Below are positions 8,677 through 18,387 of a stretch of 64,000 nt of DNA, in pieces. Numbering within the stretch: position 1 is the stretch's first letter; the number at the start of each line of letters is the position of its first letter. The position numbers and the translations under genes were made by a program. The stretch lies in the NCBI GenBank assembly GCA_031411755.1, contig JANOBS010000058.1, forward strand, positions 13,206 to 77,205, in the 5' to 3' direction. Under the pieces are notes generated by a model, which was given only the letters and a program-made list of their open reading frames with translations, did no database searches and was not told where the DNA came from. The stretch is from Luteolibacter sp. GTDB taxonomy: Bacteria > Verrucomicrobiota > Verrucomicrobiia > Verrucomicrobiales > Akkermansiaceae.

Positions 8677-10861
8677 GCCGCGCTTCAAGTGAATGATCTG
8701 GCAGGCCACCGAGTTCAAGGGCCTGCTTGTAGAGCTTCAGCCCTTCTTCCTGTCGGTTGCTGCGGGCGCAGAGAACGGCGAGGTTGAAATACGGTTCGCT
8801 CAGCATCGGATCGCAGAGGATGGCAGCCTTGTAGGCGGACTCGGATTCAGGCAGGCGACCGAGGCGGAAATACACCGAACCAAGCACAAGGTGGCTGGCG
8901 GCATCATCCGGGGCCACCTCCACCGCCTGACGCAGCGACTGCTCGGCTCCGGGGAGATCGTTGAGCTTCATCAGCGCCAGCCCCAGCATCCGGTGGGCGT
9001 AGGGATTGTTCCTGTCGATCTCCGTGGCGCGGCGGAATGCGTCCGAAGCTGCAGGCCAGTCCTCCAGCCTGCCCAGCACGACACCGAGTTTGCAAATCGA
9101 GGAGCTATCGCCCGGATTCGCCTCGACCGAGAGCTCATAGAGCTCCCGTGCCGGCAGGAGTCGACCCGCGGAAAAGGCCTTCTTCGCGGCCATGTCATAG
9201 CCTTCGATCTCACGGGTCAGTCCGCTTGTCGCACCCTCGACCGTCTTACGGTCGCGGGCATAAGGAGAGATCAGGTCGGCATCGGCGTTGCCGGCGATGA
9301 GCTTCTGTTCTTCCTGGGAAAGTTCCAGGTCCTGACCGTCGAGCTGCTTGATCGCCTGCTGGACAGTCTCATCCTTCGAGCCGAGCTGTTGGATGGCCTT
9401 GACCAGCTCGTCCTTCGCCTGGCGGCGACGTTCCTGGACGAGAAGCTGCTTCTTGATGATCTCACGCAGCATGTCGGCTTCCGCCGGATCGCCACCACCG
9501 CCGGCAAGTCCGGCCTCCTCGTCCTTCAGCCGCTTTTCCAAATCTGCCACGCGCTGGTCCTGCTCGCGCTTCTCGCGCTGGAGCTTGTTGATCTGGGATT
9601 TCGCGATTCCCAAGTCGCGCACGGCTTCGGTGAGCAGGTCCTTGGTTGCATTGCCGTCCGCATTCAGACGATCGACCTTTTCGTTGGCTTCACGGAACTT
9701 CTTCGCAAGTTCGACGTTCTGCTCGATGAGTTCCTGGATGCGGCCGGCTTCGTTCAGCTTCAGCAGCGCCTTCATCTGGTCGCGTTCCTGGAGCAGTTCG
9801 CTGTGTTCGGTCTGGAGCTGGGAATAGGCGGCGCGGCTTTCATCCAGCTCCTTCATCAGGCCGGTGATCCTGCTGTTCGCGGCGGTCAGCTCGGAGTCCC
9901 TTTTGCTGAGAGTGGTTTCCAGATCCTTCATCTGCGCCCGCAGGCCGGACACCACCTCGACGGCGGTCGCGTTCTGAAGTTTGAGGTCTCGCTCAAGATC
10001 CGCCTTGTTCTGCTGGAGTGCCTTCACGTCGGCCTGGAGCGTGGCGATCTTGCTCATCGCCTCCAGTTGCTGGCTGCGGCTCTGGTTGAGCGCGGTGCCC
10101 ATCGCCTCGCGTTCCTGTTGGAGCGCGTCGATCTTGCTGTTCAGGCTGTTGAGCTCGCTCTGGACCGGAGCTGCGGCAAGCGTGGCGCGCATGGCGGCGA
10201 GGTCCGTCTGAGCGGACTTCAACTGGGACTGCAATAGGTCGCGCTGGGCTTGGAGATCGGTCACCCGCGAGGCATTCCTCGAGGCATCCGTTTCGGAAAT
10301 GTTGGCGTCCCGGATCATCTTTTCCAGGCGCTTCACCTCGGTCTCGGCCTTGAACAGTCGCTGGCTTTCGAGGGTGTCGAGCGAACGGGTCGGGGAAATC
10401 GGCGCGGCTGGCAGGCCGGTGTTCAATGGCTTGACGCCGTTCGCGGGTGGCAGGACACGTCCGCTGGCCCTCGCTCCGCCTTCCAGCTCGGCCACCGCCC
10501 GGTTGCTTTTCTGACGGATCTCATCGGCCTTCGGTTTCACCCGGGCAATCGCCTCCTCGGTCTTCTCCATGCGGCCTTTCACCATGTCCGCCTTCCAGTC
10601 TGGAAAGTAAGTCTGGATCGAACTGAACATCTTGCGTGCGCGCTCCAGCTTGTCGTCGGCTTCCACGAAGTCCGAGGTCTGCTCGAGTTTCTCGGCATCG
10701 CGCACGGAGAGGTAGCCCTGGAAATAGACGTCCGAGGGATCGAAGGTCGTCATCTGCTGGGCGGGTGTCTGCGACACGGCGACCGGCACCGGGATCAGTC
10801 CGATCAGGGCAAGCGCGAGCAAGGGCGGAAGCCTCAGCAATGAAGAAACCCGGTGAATCAT
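8570..10861 (-). CDS. Secreted coiled-coil / tetratricopeptide-repeat protein
   Basis: Signal peptide 'LLRLPPLLALALIGLIPVPVAVSQ'. About 350 aa of heptad-rich Q/E/L/K sequence. C-terminal TPR units ('AYKAAILCDPMLSEPYFNLAVLCARSNRQEEGLKLYKQALEL'). Confidence 0.7.
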   Translation of the reverse strand: MIHRVSSLLRLPPLLALALIGLIPVPVAVSQTPAQQMTTFDPSDVYFQGYLSVRDAEKLEQTSDFVEADDKLERARKMFSSIQTYFPDWKADMVKGRMEKTEEAIARVKPKADEIRQKSNRAVAELEGGARASGRVLPPANGVKPLNTGLPAAPISPTRSLDTLESQRLFKAETEVKRLEKMIRDANISETDASRNASRVTDLQAQRDLLQSQLKSAQTDLAAMRATLAAAPVQSELNSLNSKIDALQQEREAMGTALNQSRSQQLEAMSKIATLQADVKALQQNKADLERDLKLQNATAVEVVSGLRAQMKDLETTLSKRDSELTAANSRITGLMKELDESRAAYSQLQTEHSELLQERDQMKALLKLNEAGRIQELIEQNVELAKKFREANEKVDRLNADGNATKDLLTEAVRDLGIAKSQINKLQREKREQDQRVADLEKRLKDEEAGLAGGGGDPAEADMLREIIKKQLLVQERRRQAKDELVKAIQQLGSKDETVQQAIKQLDGQDLELSQEEQKLIAGNADADLISPYARDRKTVEGATSGLTREIEGYDMAAKKAFSAGRLLPARELYELSVEANPGDSSSICKLGVVLGRLEDWPAASDAFRRATEIDRNNPYAHRMLGLALMKLNDLPGAEQSLRQAVEVAPDDAASHLVLGSVYFRLGRLPESESAYKAAILCDPMLSEPYFNLAVLCARSNRQEEGLKLYKQALELGGLPDHSLEARLIALPKAKSPLKQSGTPERSQPRSSNPPASKKAAP

Positions 10862-11054
10862 GAGTCCGGCAGAGTAGGAAAGCCCTGATCCCTCCGCAAG
10901 AGGGAAGTCGGGGTGGTGAAAAGCACTAAATTGTAAGGACCCTTCTACGCTGAAGCTACGAAGGGCAGACTAAATTCGAAACGGAATAGCGAATGGCAGA
11001 TCAACCCGCCTCCTGTCATTGGGCGCCAGGAAAGCAGGAATCCGCAGCTGCCGG

Positions 11055-13049
11055 TTATTTCTGGTGCAGATAGTGCCAGATGGCTTCGAACTGCTTGTGG
11101 GCGTCGCCTTCGAGGAGGTCGGCGCGCTGGGAGAGATTGCCCTCGGCGTATTTCGGCATCTTGGTCGAAGGCGTGATCGAGCCGGGATTCGCCATCCAGC
11201 GGAAGTAGTAGTCCTCGCGGAGCCGCTGGGCGCTGAGCTGGAGGTCCACGCCCTGAACTTCGAAGGCGGCGGTGGGTTTCTGGTCACCGACGGCGTGGCA
11301 GGTGGTGCAGCCGAAGCCCGTGGCGTTGGCGAGGGTCTTGCCGGTTTCCGCAAGGGTGGGATCGACGGTGAAGGGTTTCGGTCCACTGGGTTCGATGCCG
11401 TGCATGCAGGCGAAACCGTCTGCGATGGACTTGGCCTTGGCGTGGAAAGCGGGCATGCGCATCAGCAACCAGGGCCGCGGACGTGGATCGGTCGTGCCCT
11501 GGATCATCGACTCGGTGACGGTGGCATGGAGCATTTCGCCGATGTAGGTGAGCTGCGGGCGCGATTGATCGACGCGTTCGTCGAGGTGCTTCAAATCGGC
11601 GACGAGCGAGCGGCTGTCCGAGTGGACGGAGTCGAGCAGCGAGCCCGTGCCATCATAGTTGTGGCAGTTGGTGCAGCGCTGGGTTTCGATCTGGCGACGG
11701 ACGTATTCGCCGGGAGTGTCGCGGGTGAGCGGGGTGCTTCCGGTTTTGGAAAAGGCGACGAGGGCGGTGCGTTCGGCGTCGTTGAGATGAAGGACGGGAG
11801 CCTTGCCACGTTTGTCGACGGAAGCGACGCAACCTGATGCGCTCCAGTCCTTCTTGAAGATGGCATCGAGGGCGGGTGCGGGCGTTTCCGAAACAGGAAG
11901 TCCGGAGTGGCAGGTGCCGCAGTTGAGGGTTTTGGCCAGTGCTTCACCGCGGGCTTTGTCGCCGGCGGGGAAGGTGGACGCAGGTTTGGTTTCCTTGCCG
12001 GTGGAGGCGGCTGTTAGATAGGCGGCGAGGGAGTTCGCCTCCTCGTCGGAAAGCCGGAAGTCGGGCATGCCGGTGAAGGGGTGGTAGGCGTCCGGCTTTT
12101 TCAGGAAGGTCACCAGGGCACCGGGCTTGAATTTGGCGGCGACGTTGTTGAGAGGGAGGCGTTTGTGCTCGAGGTCCGGCTCGGTCTGGCTGGGAAGGGT
12201 GTGGCAGGCCACGCAGCCGAGGGTGTGGAAGGTCTCTCCTCCTTTCTGAGCAAGGGCTGGATCAGGAGCCTTTCCTGCGGGTGCGCCGAAGGTCTGGGTG
12301 ATCACGTAGGCGGCAAGGTCGGCAGCCTGTTGGCGACCGGCTTCGGTGGTGGCATCGACCAGCGCGGGCATCCGGGTGGTGGGGCGCAGCGATTGGGGTG
12401 TGGCGATCCAGCTCTTCAGCCAGTCCTCGTTCACGCGATCACCAATGCCTGCGAGCAGCGGGACGAGTTCCGAAATTTCTGGCATCGGCGCGGACCCAAA
12501 TCCGGTGGCGGCGCTGTGACACTTCGCGCAGTGGTTTTCCGCGAAGAGTGCGCGGCCATGGCGCTGTAGTTCGCCGAGCGTAGCGGCCTCATTGGGGGTG
12601 GACTTGAAAGCTCCGGGTGGAATCGACTGCTTCGGAAACGCGGCCTCTTCCCAGAAAAGGCGGATGCGACCGGAGCCATCGGGCTGGCTCTTGAATGTGA
12701 GGCTGAATTCGTGATCGCCGGGGTTGAGCCGGAGTCGCTCGGAGGGCTTGGCACCGAGTTCGCCGCTCTCCTCAAGGACCGGCTTTCCATCGATCGAAAG
12801 CGTGGCGCTGCCGGTGCCTTCGAAGGAAAAGACAAGCCGTTGACGCTGACTGACGGAAAGTTGACCGCTCCAGGTGACTTCGAAGGCTCCGGGTGCCAGG
12901 AACGGCGTGGCGGGTTCACCGGCTTTCACGAAGAGCGCCGGGAGTCGATCGAGCCGCGAGTCGGTGGCGTCGCCCGACTTGAAAGTGGCGATCAAGTCGG
13001 CCTGGGCGGTGCCGAGAATGAGTCCGGTGAGGAGCAGCGGGCGGATCAT
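11055..13049 (-). CDS. Secreted penta-haem c-type cytochrome with an N-terminal PA14-like beta-sandwich
   Basis: From ORF 11055..13130; start at ATG 13049 ('MIRPLLLTGLILGTAQA', signal peptide). Five CxxCH motifs: CAKCH, CVACH, CGTCH, CTNCH, CTTCH. Confidence 0.75.
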   Translation of the reverse strand: MIRPLLLTGLILGTAQADLIATFKSGDATDSRLDRLPALFVKAGEPATPFLAPGAFEVTWSGQLSVSQRQRLVFSFEGTGSATLSIDGKPVLEESGELGAKPSERLRLNPGDHEFSLTFKSQPDGSGRIRLFWEEAAFPKQSIPPGAFKSTPNEAATLGELQRHGRALFAENHCAKCHSAATGFGSAPMPEISELVPLLAGIGDRVNEDWLKSWIATPQSLRPTTRMPALVDATTEAGRQQAADLAAYVITQTFGAPAGKAPDPALAQKGGETFHTLGCVACHTLPSQTEPDLEHKRLPLNNVAAKFKPGALVTFLKKPDAYHPFTGMPDFRLSDEEANSLAAYLTAASTGKETKPASTFPAGDKARGEALAKTLNCGTCHSGLPVSETPAPALDAIFKKDWSASGCVASVDKRGKAPVLHLNDAERTALVAFSKTGSTPLTRDTPGEYVRRQIETQRCTNCHNYDGTGSLLDSVHSDSRSLVADLKHLDERVDQSRPQLTYIGEMLHATVTESMIQGTTDPRPRPWLLMRMPAFHAKAKSIADGFACMHGIEPSGPKPFTVDPTLAETGKTLANATGFGCTTCHAVGDQKPTAAFEVQGVDLQLSAQRLREDYYFRWMANPGSITPSTKMPKYAEGNLSQRADLLEGDAHKQFEAIWHYLHQK

Positions 13050-13128
13050 GGGATGAATGAACGAGGGATCAGGAAGCGGTGAAAGTTTTCCCGAATGAAA
13101 CGGTGCAATCGATGTGAGTGCGAGACGC

Positions 13129-13158
13129 AAAAAGGGCGGGAGTGACCCCGCCCTTTGG
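13129..13158 (-). terminator. Rho-independent terminator-like hairpin between the beta-propeller gene and the cytochrome gene
   Basis: The minus strand reads 'aagggcgg-ggtcactc-ccgccctt' followed by 'tttt'. It lies 23 nt after the stop at 13181. Confidence 0.5.
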
Positions 13159-13180
13159 GTTGAATGTCGAAGGCGGTGAA

Positions 13181-15427
13181 TCAGGGAGTCGCGTAAACGG
13201 TGGAGTAAACCTCACCCTTGATGACGCCTGCCTTATCGTCCTCAAGATCATAACCGACCTTGAGTCCCATCGAGGGCTTCATGCCTTCGAGGACGAGTTC
13301 GATGGTCTTGCCATCGGGCAGGAGCTTGGCCGAGCTGACCTTCACGTCGTCGCGCTTCTTGACACCCTTCGATTCTTTCAAGGCGGCTTGTTTTTCGGCC
13401 TCGGCATCAGGCTGATCGACCGAGAACTCTCCAGAGCCATATTGCTCGGAACGAACATAGTTCCAACGCTGCACGGCGTAGCTGGTGGGATCGTTGGCGA
13501 GTTCCTTGTCGATCGTCTGGGCGAAGTGGAGGCGGACGCCGGTCTTGGTGGCCTCGAACTTGTCAGGATTCGGCAGGGCTGCTCCGGTGTAGCGGATGCG
13601 CTGGAACGCGCACTCTGTGGCGGCGTTCGTCTGCCAGCCACGGAAGCCGAGGACATACATCGAGCCATCGGCATGGAAACGGGCACGCATGGCGGAGGAT
13701 TGGAGCTTGATCGGCAGCTTCGTGACACCGCCCTGAAGCTTGTCACCCACCTTCTGCGGCAGCACGCGGAAGATACTGGATTGACCGTAGGAGAGGTGGA
13801 GCATTTCTCCTGCATTGAGACCGATTTTCGACTCCGAAGTGGTCCAGATTTGGGAGCCGCCGGAGTTGTCGACATCCATCGGCATGAAACAGATCGGCTC
13901 GGTGTAGGGAGTCTTCACGTCATGCTTGCTCGGTTCGCAACCGAAGAAGACCGGAGCATCCTCCGCGCGGACGAAGTTGATTTTGCAAGCGGGCTCCCAG
14001 GTGCCCTCGTTCTCACCGGCGCTGATTTCACCGTTCGGTCCAATGCCCACACCGCCGGGGGCTCGCAGGCCGGTGGCGACGACCTCGAACTTTTTCCCAT
14101 CGGGGGAAATTTTCGCGACGATGCCATGGTTCGGCAGGATGCGGTCGAATCCGCGACCACCGCCACGAACAGGCGAGGCCTTGGCGAAGTAGAAGTTGCC
14201 CTGCTTGTCGGTCTGGAGGTCGAAGGCGAACTCGTGGAAGTTCGAGGAGATGATGACGTCGCGATTGAAAACCTTGTATTGGTCGATCTCACCGTCGCCA
14301 TTGAGGTCGATGAGCTGGGTGATCTGGTCGCGTCCGTTGACGTAGATGTTTCCCTTTACGACCTTGAGTCCGAGGGTTTCGAAAAGGCCGGAAGCGATGC
14401 GCTGCCAGGTGAGCTTCTTCCAGTCGCCCTTGAGTCCTTTCACGACCCAGACGTCGCCATTCCAGGAGGAAAGGGCGGCGCTATCTTCGTCGATGAAGTC
14501 GAAGCCGCCGAAGCGGAGATTCGATTTCCAAGGATTCTCAGTGGGAAGGGTGACGACGTCGGTGGCGTAGGGTGTGTCCTTGTCGGTCGAGGTCTTGCCC
14601 TCGGTTACGATCTTGTCTGGCCAGATGGGTGCACCCCCTTTGACAAGCGCAGCGAAATCCGGTGCGGCGGCAGGTTTGGGCTCGGCGGTGCGGGAAAATG
14701 CGAGCTGCACCAGCGACTTGCCGGAGCCCTTGGCGATGCTCACCAACAGGCGGTTGGGATTCTTGCCATCGGCAGAGAGTTTTCCACCTCCCTTGAGTGA
14801 GACGCTGAGGCCATCCTCGGATTTCGCGGAGAGTCCATCAGGGGCCACCTTGAACGGCTTCGCTTCGTCGGCGACGAGTCCGGTTAGGTTTTCCTGGCCC
14901 TCGACCTGGAGGCTTCGGGTGACGGTGCCGTTCTCAGCCGATGAGGTTTCGAGCACGCGGCTGCCGCGCACGGTGTAATCGAATACGGCGGTATTTCCGG
15001 AGCGGAAGAATCCATTGAAGGAGGCATGGGAGAGATTTCCGAAGCCGGGGATCTTGCGTTTGTCGTCGAAGGATCCATCGGCATCCGCCCAGCCGGGGCC
15101 GCTGGCGGTTTTAAGGATCGCGGAATTATCCTGAAGGGAAATGAGAACACCATGTTGTCCAGTCCAAGGGGTACCAGCCCAGTTGACGTAGCCTTCGTAG
15201 GCGGAGACCAGCCTCAGCGTCTCGGTATCGAACAGGGCGTGGGATTTTTCATCTCCGAGCTCGATCAACATGCCCTTCAGGGAGGCCACCCGCTTTTGCC
15301 CCTGATAGGTGTCCTCGAAGGTGTTCGACCAGACGGGACCGATCTTCATTTCCTCGAACCACTTGGCGGCGTTGGCGCTGGTCAGAGAGGCGACGAGGAG
15401 TGCTAGGGTGAGCTTTGTTCGCGACAT
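13181..15427 (-). CDS. Secreted beta-propeller protein (PVC-type 'putative membrane-bound dehydrogenase' / glucose-sorbosone-dehydrogenase-like domain)
   Basis: From ORF 13181..15466; start at ATG 15427 ('MSRTKLTLALLVASLTSANA', signal peptide). 'NGDGEIDQYKVFNRD...GNFYFAKASP...GLRAPGGVGIGPNGEI' are propeller-blade motifs. The family call is approximate. Confidence 0.6.
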   Translation of the reverse strand: MSRTKLTLALLVASLTSANAAKWFEEMKIGPVWSNTFEDTYQGQKRVASLKGMLIELGDEKSHALFDTETLRLVSAYEGYVNWAGTPWTGQHGVLISLQDNSAILKTASGPGWADADGSFDDKRKIPGFGNLSHASFNGFFRSGNTAVFDYTVRGSRVLETSSAENGTVTRSLQVEGQENLTGLVADEAKPFKVAPDGLSAKSEDGLSVSLKGGGKLSADGKNPNRLLVSIAKGSGKSLVQLAFSRTAEPKPAAAPDFAALVKGGAPIWPDKIVTEGKTSTDKDTPYATDVVTLPTENPWKSNLRFGGFDFIDEDSAALSSWNGDVWVVKGLKGDWKKLTWQRIASGLFETLGLKVVKGNIYVNGRDQITQLIDLNGDGEIDQYKVFNRDVIISSNFHEFAFDLQTDKQGNFYFAKASPVRGGGRGFDRILPNHGIVAKISPDGKKFEVVATGLRAPGGVGIGPNGEISAGENEGTWEPACKINFVRAEDAPVFFGCEPSKHDVKTPYTEPICFMPMDVDNSGGSQIWTTSESKIGLNAGEMLHLSYGQSSIFRVLPQKVGDKLQGGVTKLPIKLQSSAMRARFHADGSMYVLGFRGWQTNAATECAFQRIRYTGAALPNPDKFEATKTGVRLHFAQTIDKELANDPTSYAVQRWNYVRSEQYGSGEFSVDQPDAEAEKQAALKESKGVKKRDDVKVSSAKLLPDGKTIELVLEGMKPSMGLKVGYDLEDDKAGVIKGEVYSTVYATP

Positions 15428-15519
15428 AGGCGGCATCCTACGCACTGGGCCAGCGGGGTCTAGCATCCAAAAACGGGGATTGAGTTGCAGATTGGCATGA
15501 TTGGGCTATTCGCTCCTGC

Positions 15520-16059
15520 ATGTGGGAAACGCTGGTCGGCTGGAGTGGCTGGGGCACGGTGGGCGTTGGTCTGGCGTGGATTGTGACGATCTGCCTGCTT
15601 CTTGCGGGCTTGGTCGGATGCTTTCTGCCGATTCTTCCAGGTCATCTGATCCTGCTGATCGCGGCGATCGGCCATCGCCTGATGCTGGGACGGGAAGGCT
15701 CCGGGCTGGAATGGTGGTCGTTCGTGATTCTCGCGGTGCTGATGGCGGCTTCCCAGGCCTTCGAGTTTTTCAGCGGCTCCGCTGGCAGCAAATGGTTCGG
15801 CGGGACGCGATGGGGGGCGCTCGGGGCCTTTATTGGCAGCATTGTCGGGATGTTTTTCCTGCAATTCGGAGGCCTGCTTCTCGGCCCATTGATCGGGGCA
15901 CTGGTATTCGAACTCGGAATCGCCCGGAAGGGATGGAAACCGGCCACGGTGTCAAGCGTCGGCTCGGTCGTGGGAACCGTCGCCGGTCTTGTCGTGAAGC
16001 TGGTGATCGGCCTGATGATGATCGTGTGGTTTTTCGCAGATGTCTTCCTCATCAAATAG
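15520..16059 (+). CDS. DUF456-like small integral membrane protein
   Basis: 179 aa with four hydrophobic helices and a 'GCFLPILPGHLILLIAAIG' motif. Confidence 0.55.
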   Translation: MWETLVGWSGWGTVGVGLAWIVTICLLLAGLVGCFLPILPGHLILLIAAIGHRLMLGREGSGLEWWSFVILAVLMAASQAFEFFSGSAGSKWFGGTRWGALGAFIGSIVGMFFLQFGGLLLGPLIGALVFELGIARKGWKPATVSSVGSVVGTVAGLVVKLVIGLMMIVWFFADVFLIK

Positions 16060-16138
16060 AGTTCAGATGCGAAAGTCTGAAGGTCTCAAAGTCGAAGGTC
16101 GGAAACGTGGAGGTATTCGGTGAGCCTCTTCTTCTTCG

Positions 16139-16215
16139 TTTCGAATTTCGTGCTTAGAATTTCGAATTTCGTCTTTTCCCTCCCTTGGAACTTGGCCCTT
16201 GGAACTTGGAACTTC
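16139..16215. repeat. Heptanucleotide-phased tract (11 units)
   Basis: Reads 'tttcgaa|tttcgtg|cttagaa|tttcgaa|tttcgtc|ttttccc|tcccttg|gaacttg|gcccttg|gaacttg|gaacttc' in one unbroken 7-nt register. Positions 16183-16216 are the reverse complement of the module at 31520-31550. Confidence 0.85.
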
Positions 16216-16228
16216 CCATGATTCTCTT

Positions 16229-16626
16229 CTGCCGCCGCCTCCCGGACGGTCGCGGTCGCGTGTCAAAGCACGGTCGAGGAAAGTCCGGACACCATAGGGC
16301 AACGCGCCTCGTGAAAGCGGGGGACGGAAGTCGTGAGACGACCGGACGGAAAGTGCAGCAGAGAGTAAACCGCCGATGGCTCGCAAGGGCACAGGCAAGG
16401 GTGAAAGGGTGGGGTAAGAGCCCACCGCGCGTCCGGGCAACCGGCGTGGCACGGCAAACCCCGCGTGGTGCAAGACAGAACAGGGGAAGGGCGGCCCGCC
16501 CGATCAAGATCTCCGGGTATTAGTCGCACCCTGCGCAAGCAGGGTCCCGCGCAAGCGGGAAGAGAAATGGCCGTCCAGTTCCGCTCGCGGGATGGACAGA
16601 ATCCGGCTTACAGGGGGGCGGCACCC
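16229..16626 (+). ncRNA. rnpB: RNase P RNA, bacterial type A
   Basis: Universally conserved blocks are present: 'GGAAAGTCCGGAC' (16277), 'GTGCAGCAGAGAGTAAACCGCC', 'AGGGTGAAAGGGTGGGGTAAGAGCCCACCG' (16398) and 'ACAGAATCCGGCTTA' (16596). The P1 helix is 'gccgcc' (16231) with 'ggcggc' (16617). Ends are accurate to about 5 nt. Confidence 0.9.
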
Positions 16627-16683
16627 TCTTTCCTCCGGCCGATCTTGCTTGCAAGAGGCAGGTCGGTCCCGCGTAGGTAGTGC

Positions 16684-18027
16684 GTGAAATTGAAACGATT
16701 TTTTCTGACCCTCGGGCTATTGGGAGGTGTTGCGCTGGCTGCGGAAAAGCCCAACGTGGTGTTTATTCTGTCCGACGATCTGGCTCAGGGCGACCTCGGC
16801 TGCTACGGTCAGAAGTTGATCAAGACGCCGAACCTCGACCGGATGGCCTCGGAAGGCACCCGATACACCCAGGCCTACTGCGGCACCAGCGTCTGTGCAC
16901 CCTCCCGGACTTCGCTGATGACCGGCCTCGACATGGGACACTCCCCGGTCCGCGCGAACCGGGAGATCGGAAAAGGCCTGGGACAAATGCCGCTTCCATC
17001 CGGTACGGTCACCGTCGCCTCCATGCTCAAAGCCTCCGGATATGCCACCGCCTGCACCGGGAAATGGGGCATGGGCATGCCGGGTTCATCAGGTGAGCCG
17101 TTGAAACTCGGCTTTGATCGTTTCTACGGCTACTACGATCAGGTCCACGCCCACGACTACTTCACCAACTACCTTTTCGACAACGACAAGCGCGTCGAGT
17201 TGCCGGAAAAGACTTACTCTCAGAACCTCATCCAGAAAGCTACCCTCGACTGGGTCCGCTCGGTGAAAGACAAGCCCTTTTTTCTCTTCTACGCCGTCAC
17301 CCTGCCTCACGGGGACTACGAGATCGACTCGCTGGGAATCTATAAAGACAAGCCCTGGACGCCGCAGCAGAAAACCTACGCCGCGATGGTTTCCCGCCTT
17401 GATCACGATGTCGGCGAGCTGTTGGCGCTGCTCAAGGAACTGAAACTTGATGACAACACCCTGGTGATGTTTTCCGGCGACAACGGTTCGTCCTTCGGTC
17501 CCGGTAGTCCGGTCGGAAAGCTCTTCGATCAGTCGATGGGTGGAAAGCTGCGCGACAACAAGCGCTCGATGTTCGAGGGCGGTCTGCGGCAGGCCTCGAT
17601 CGCGCGCTGGCCCGGCAAGGTCACAGCGGGTCGCGTCTCCGATGAACCCTGGGCCTTCTGGGACTTCATGCCCACCGTGGCGGAAATCACCGGCGCGAAA
17701 ATTCCCGAAACCTGGAAGCCGAACGGCCTCTCGTTGGTGGAGTTCCTCAAGGGAGGGAAGGCCCCTGATCGGCCGTTTTTCTACTGGGAACTCCACGAGG
17801 GACAGCCCAGCCAGGCGATCCGATTCGGCGACTGGAAGACCGTTCGGCCAGCGCCGAACAAGCCGGTCATGCTTTTCGACCTGAAAACGGATTCCGCCGA
17901 GAGCAAGGATCTTGCGGCTGAGCATCCCGAGCTCGTCAAGAAAGCGGTGGACCTGATGAACCACTACCGGACCGCCGATCCCAACTGGCCCGATCCGGCC
18001 GGAGTGGCGGGCAAACGTTCGAAATGA
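16684..18027 (+). CDS. Formylglycine-dependent sulfatase (arylsulfatase / GalNAc-6-sulfatase-like)
   Basis: GTG start and a signal peptide. Has 'DDLAQGDLGCYG' and the FGly motif 'CAPSRTSLMTG'. Confidence 0.85.
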   Translation: MKLKRFFLTLGLLGGVALAAEKPNVVFILSDDLAQGDLGCYGQKLIKTPNLDRMASEGTRYTQAYCGTSVCAPSRTSLMTGLDMGHSPVRANREIGKGLGQMPLPSGTVTVASMLKASGYATACTGKWGMGMPGSSGEPLKLGFDRFYGYYDQVHAHDYFTNYLFDNDKRVELPEKTYSQNLIQKATLDWVRSVKDKPFFLFYAVTLPHGDYEIDSLGIYKDKPWTPQQKTYAAMVSRLDHDVGELLALLKELKLDDNTLVMFSGDNGSSFGPGSPVGKLFDQSMGGKLRDNKRSMFEGGLRQASIARWPGKVTAGRVSDEPWAFWDFMPTVAEITGAKIPETWKPNGLSLVEFLKGGKAPDRPFFYWELHEGQPSQAIRFGDWKTVRPAPNKPVMLFDLKTDSAESKDLAAEHPELVKKAVDLMNHYRTADPNWPDPAGVAGKRSK

Positions 18028-18043
18028 CCGACCTCGGGTCCTT

Positions 18044-18223
18044 GTGGCCGAAAAAGCGACCACTTGGCCGAAATTGAGACCCTGAAATGCTTCCAATGGC
18101 TGAAATTTCAGGTCAGCTTACCTCCAACGAAAGACGACAGCCTACTTCGGTGAGCTGAAAACCTTTCCGACATATCCAGTGTCCAACGCTGGCATTCGTT
18201 TTGGCCGATCCGGGGGGAGCAAG
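18044..18223 (+). repeat. Copy A of a ~180-nt paralogous element (candidate sRNA or 3'-UTR element)
   Basis: Aligns along its whole length with 18858-19035, roughly 75-80% identical by eye. Long identical blocks include 'gaccacttggccgaa', 'ccctgaaatgctt', 'ctgaaatttcaggtca', 'tccaacgaaagacgacagc', 'acttcggtgagc' and 'gatccggggggagcaa'. Confidence 0.85.
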
Positions 18224-18265
18224 TCAGACGAAACGCCGCAAAGGATTTCTGGAAGTGCCTCCAAG

Positions 18266-18310
18266 AGGGCTCGGATCCAAACTATCCCGGATCCGAGCCC
18301 TTTGTGGTTT
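18266..18310 (+). terminator. Rho-independent terminator-like hairpin after repeat copy A
   Basis: Perfect 13-bp stem 'agggctcggatcc' / 'ggatccgagccct' with a 10-nt loop, followed by 'ttgtggttt'. Confidence 0.55.
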
Positions 18311-18387
18311 CCTGGCCGATTGTTCATTCTTGCGACACAATGCGTGATCTCCTTTCCTGCCTCATGCCATTTGTGTCCGTCCATTTG

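Noticed and set aside
16063-16538. Several 90-136-aa ORFs on both strands at 16.06-16.54 kb
   Set aside because: The region is the RNase P RNA gene plus a heptamer tract, and the ORFs are fortuitous.
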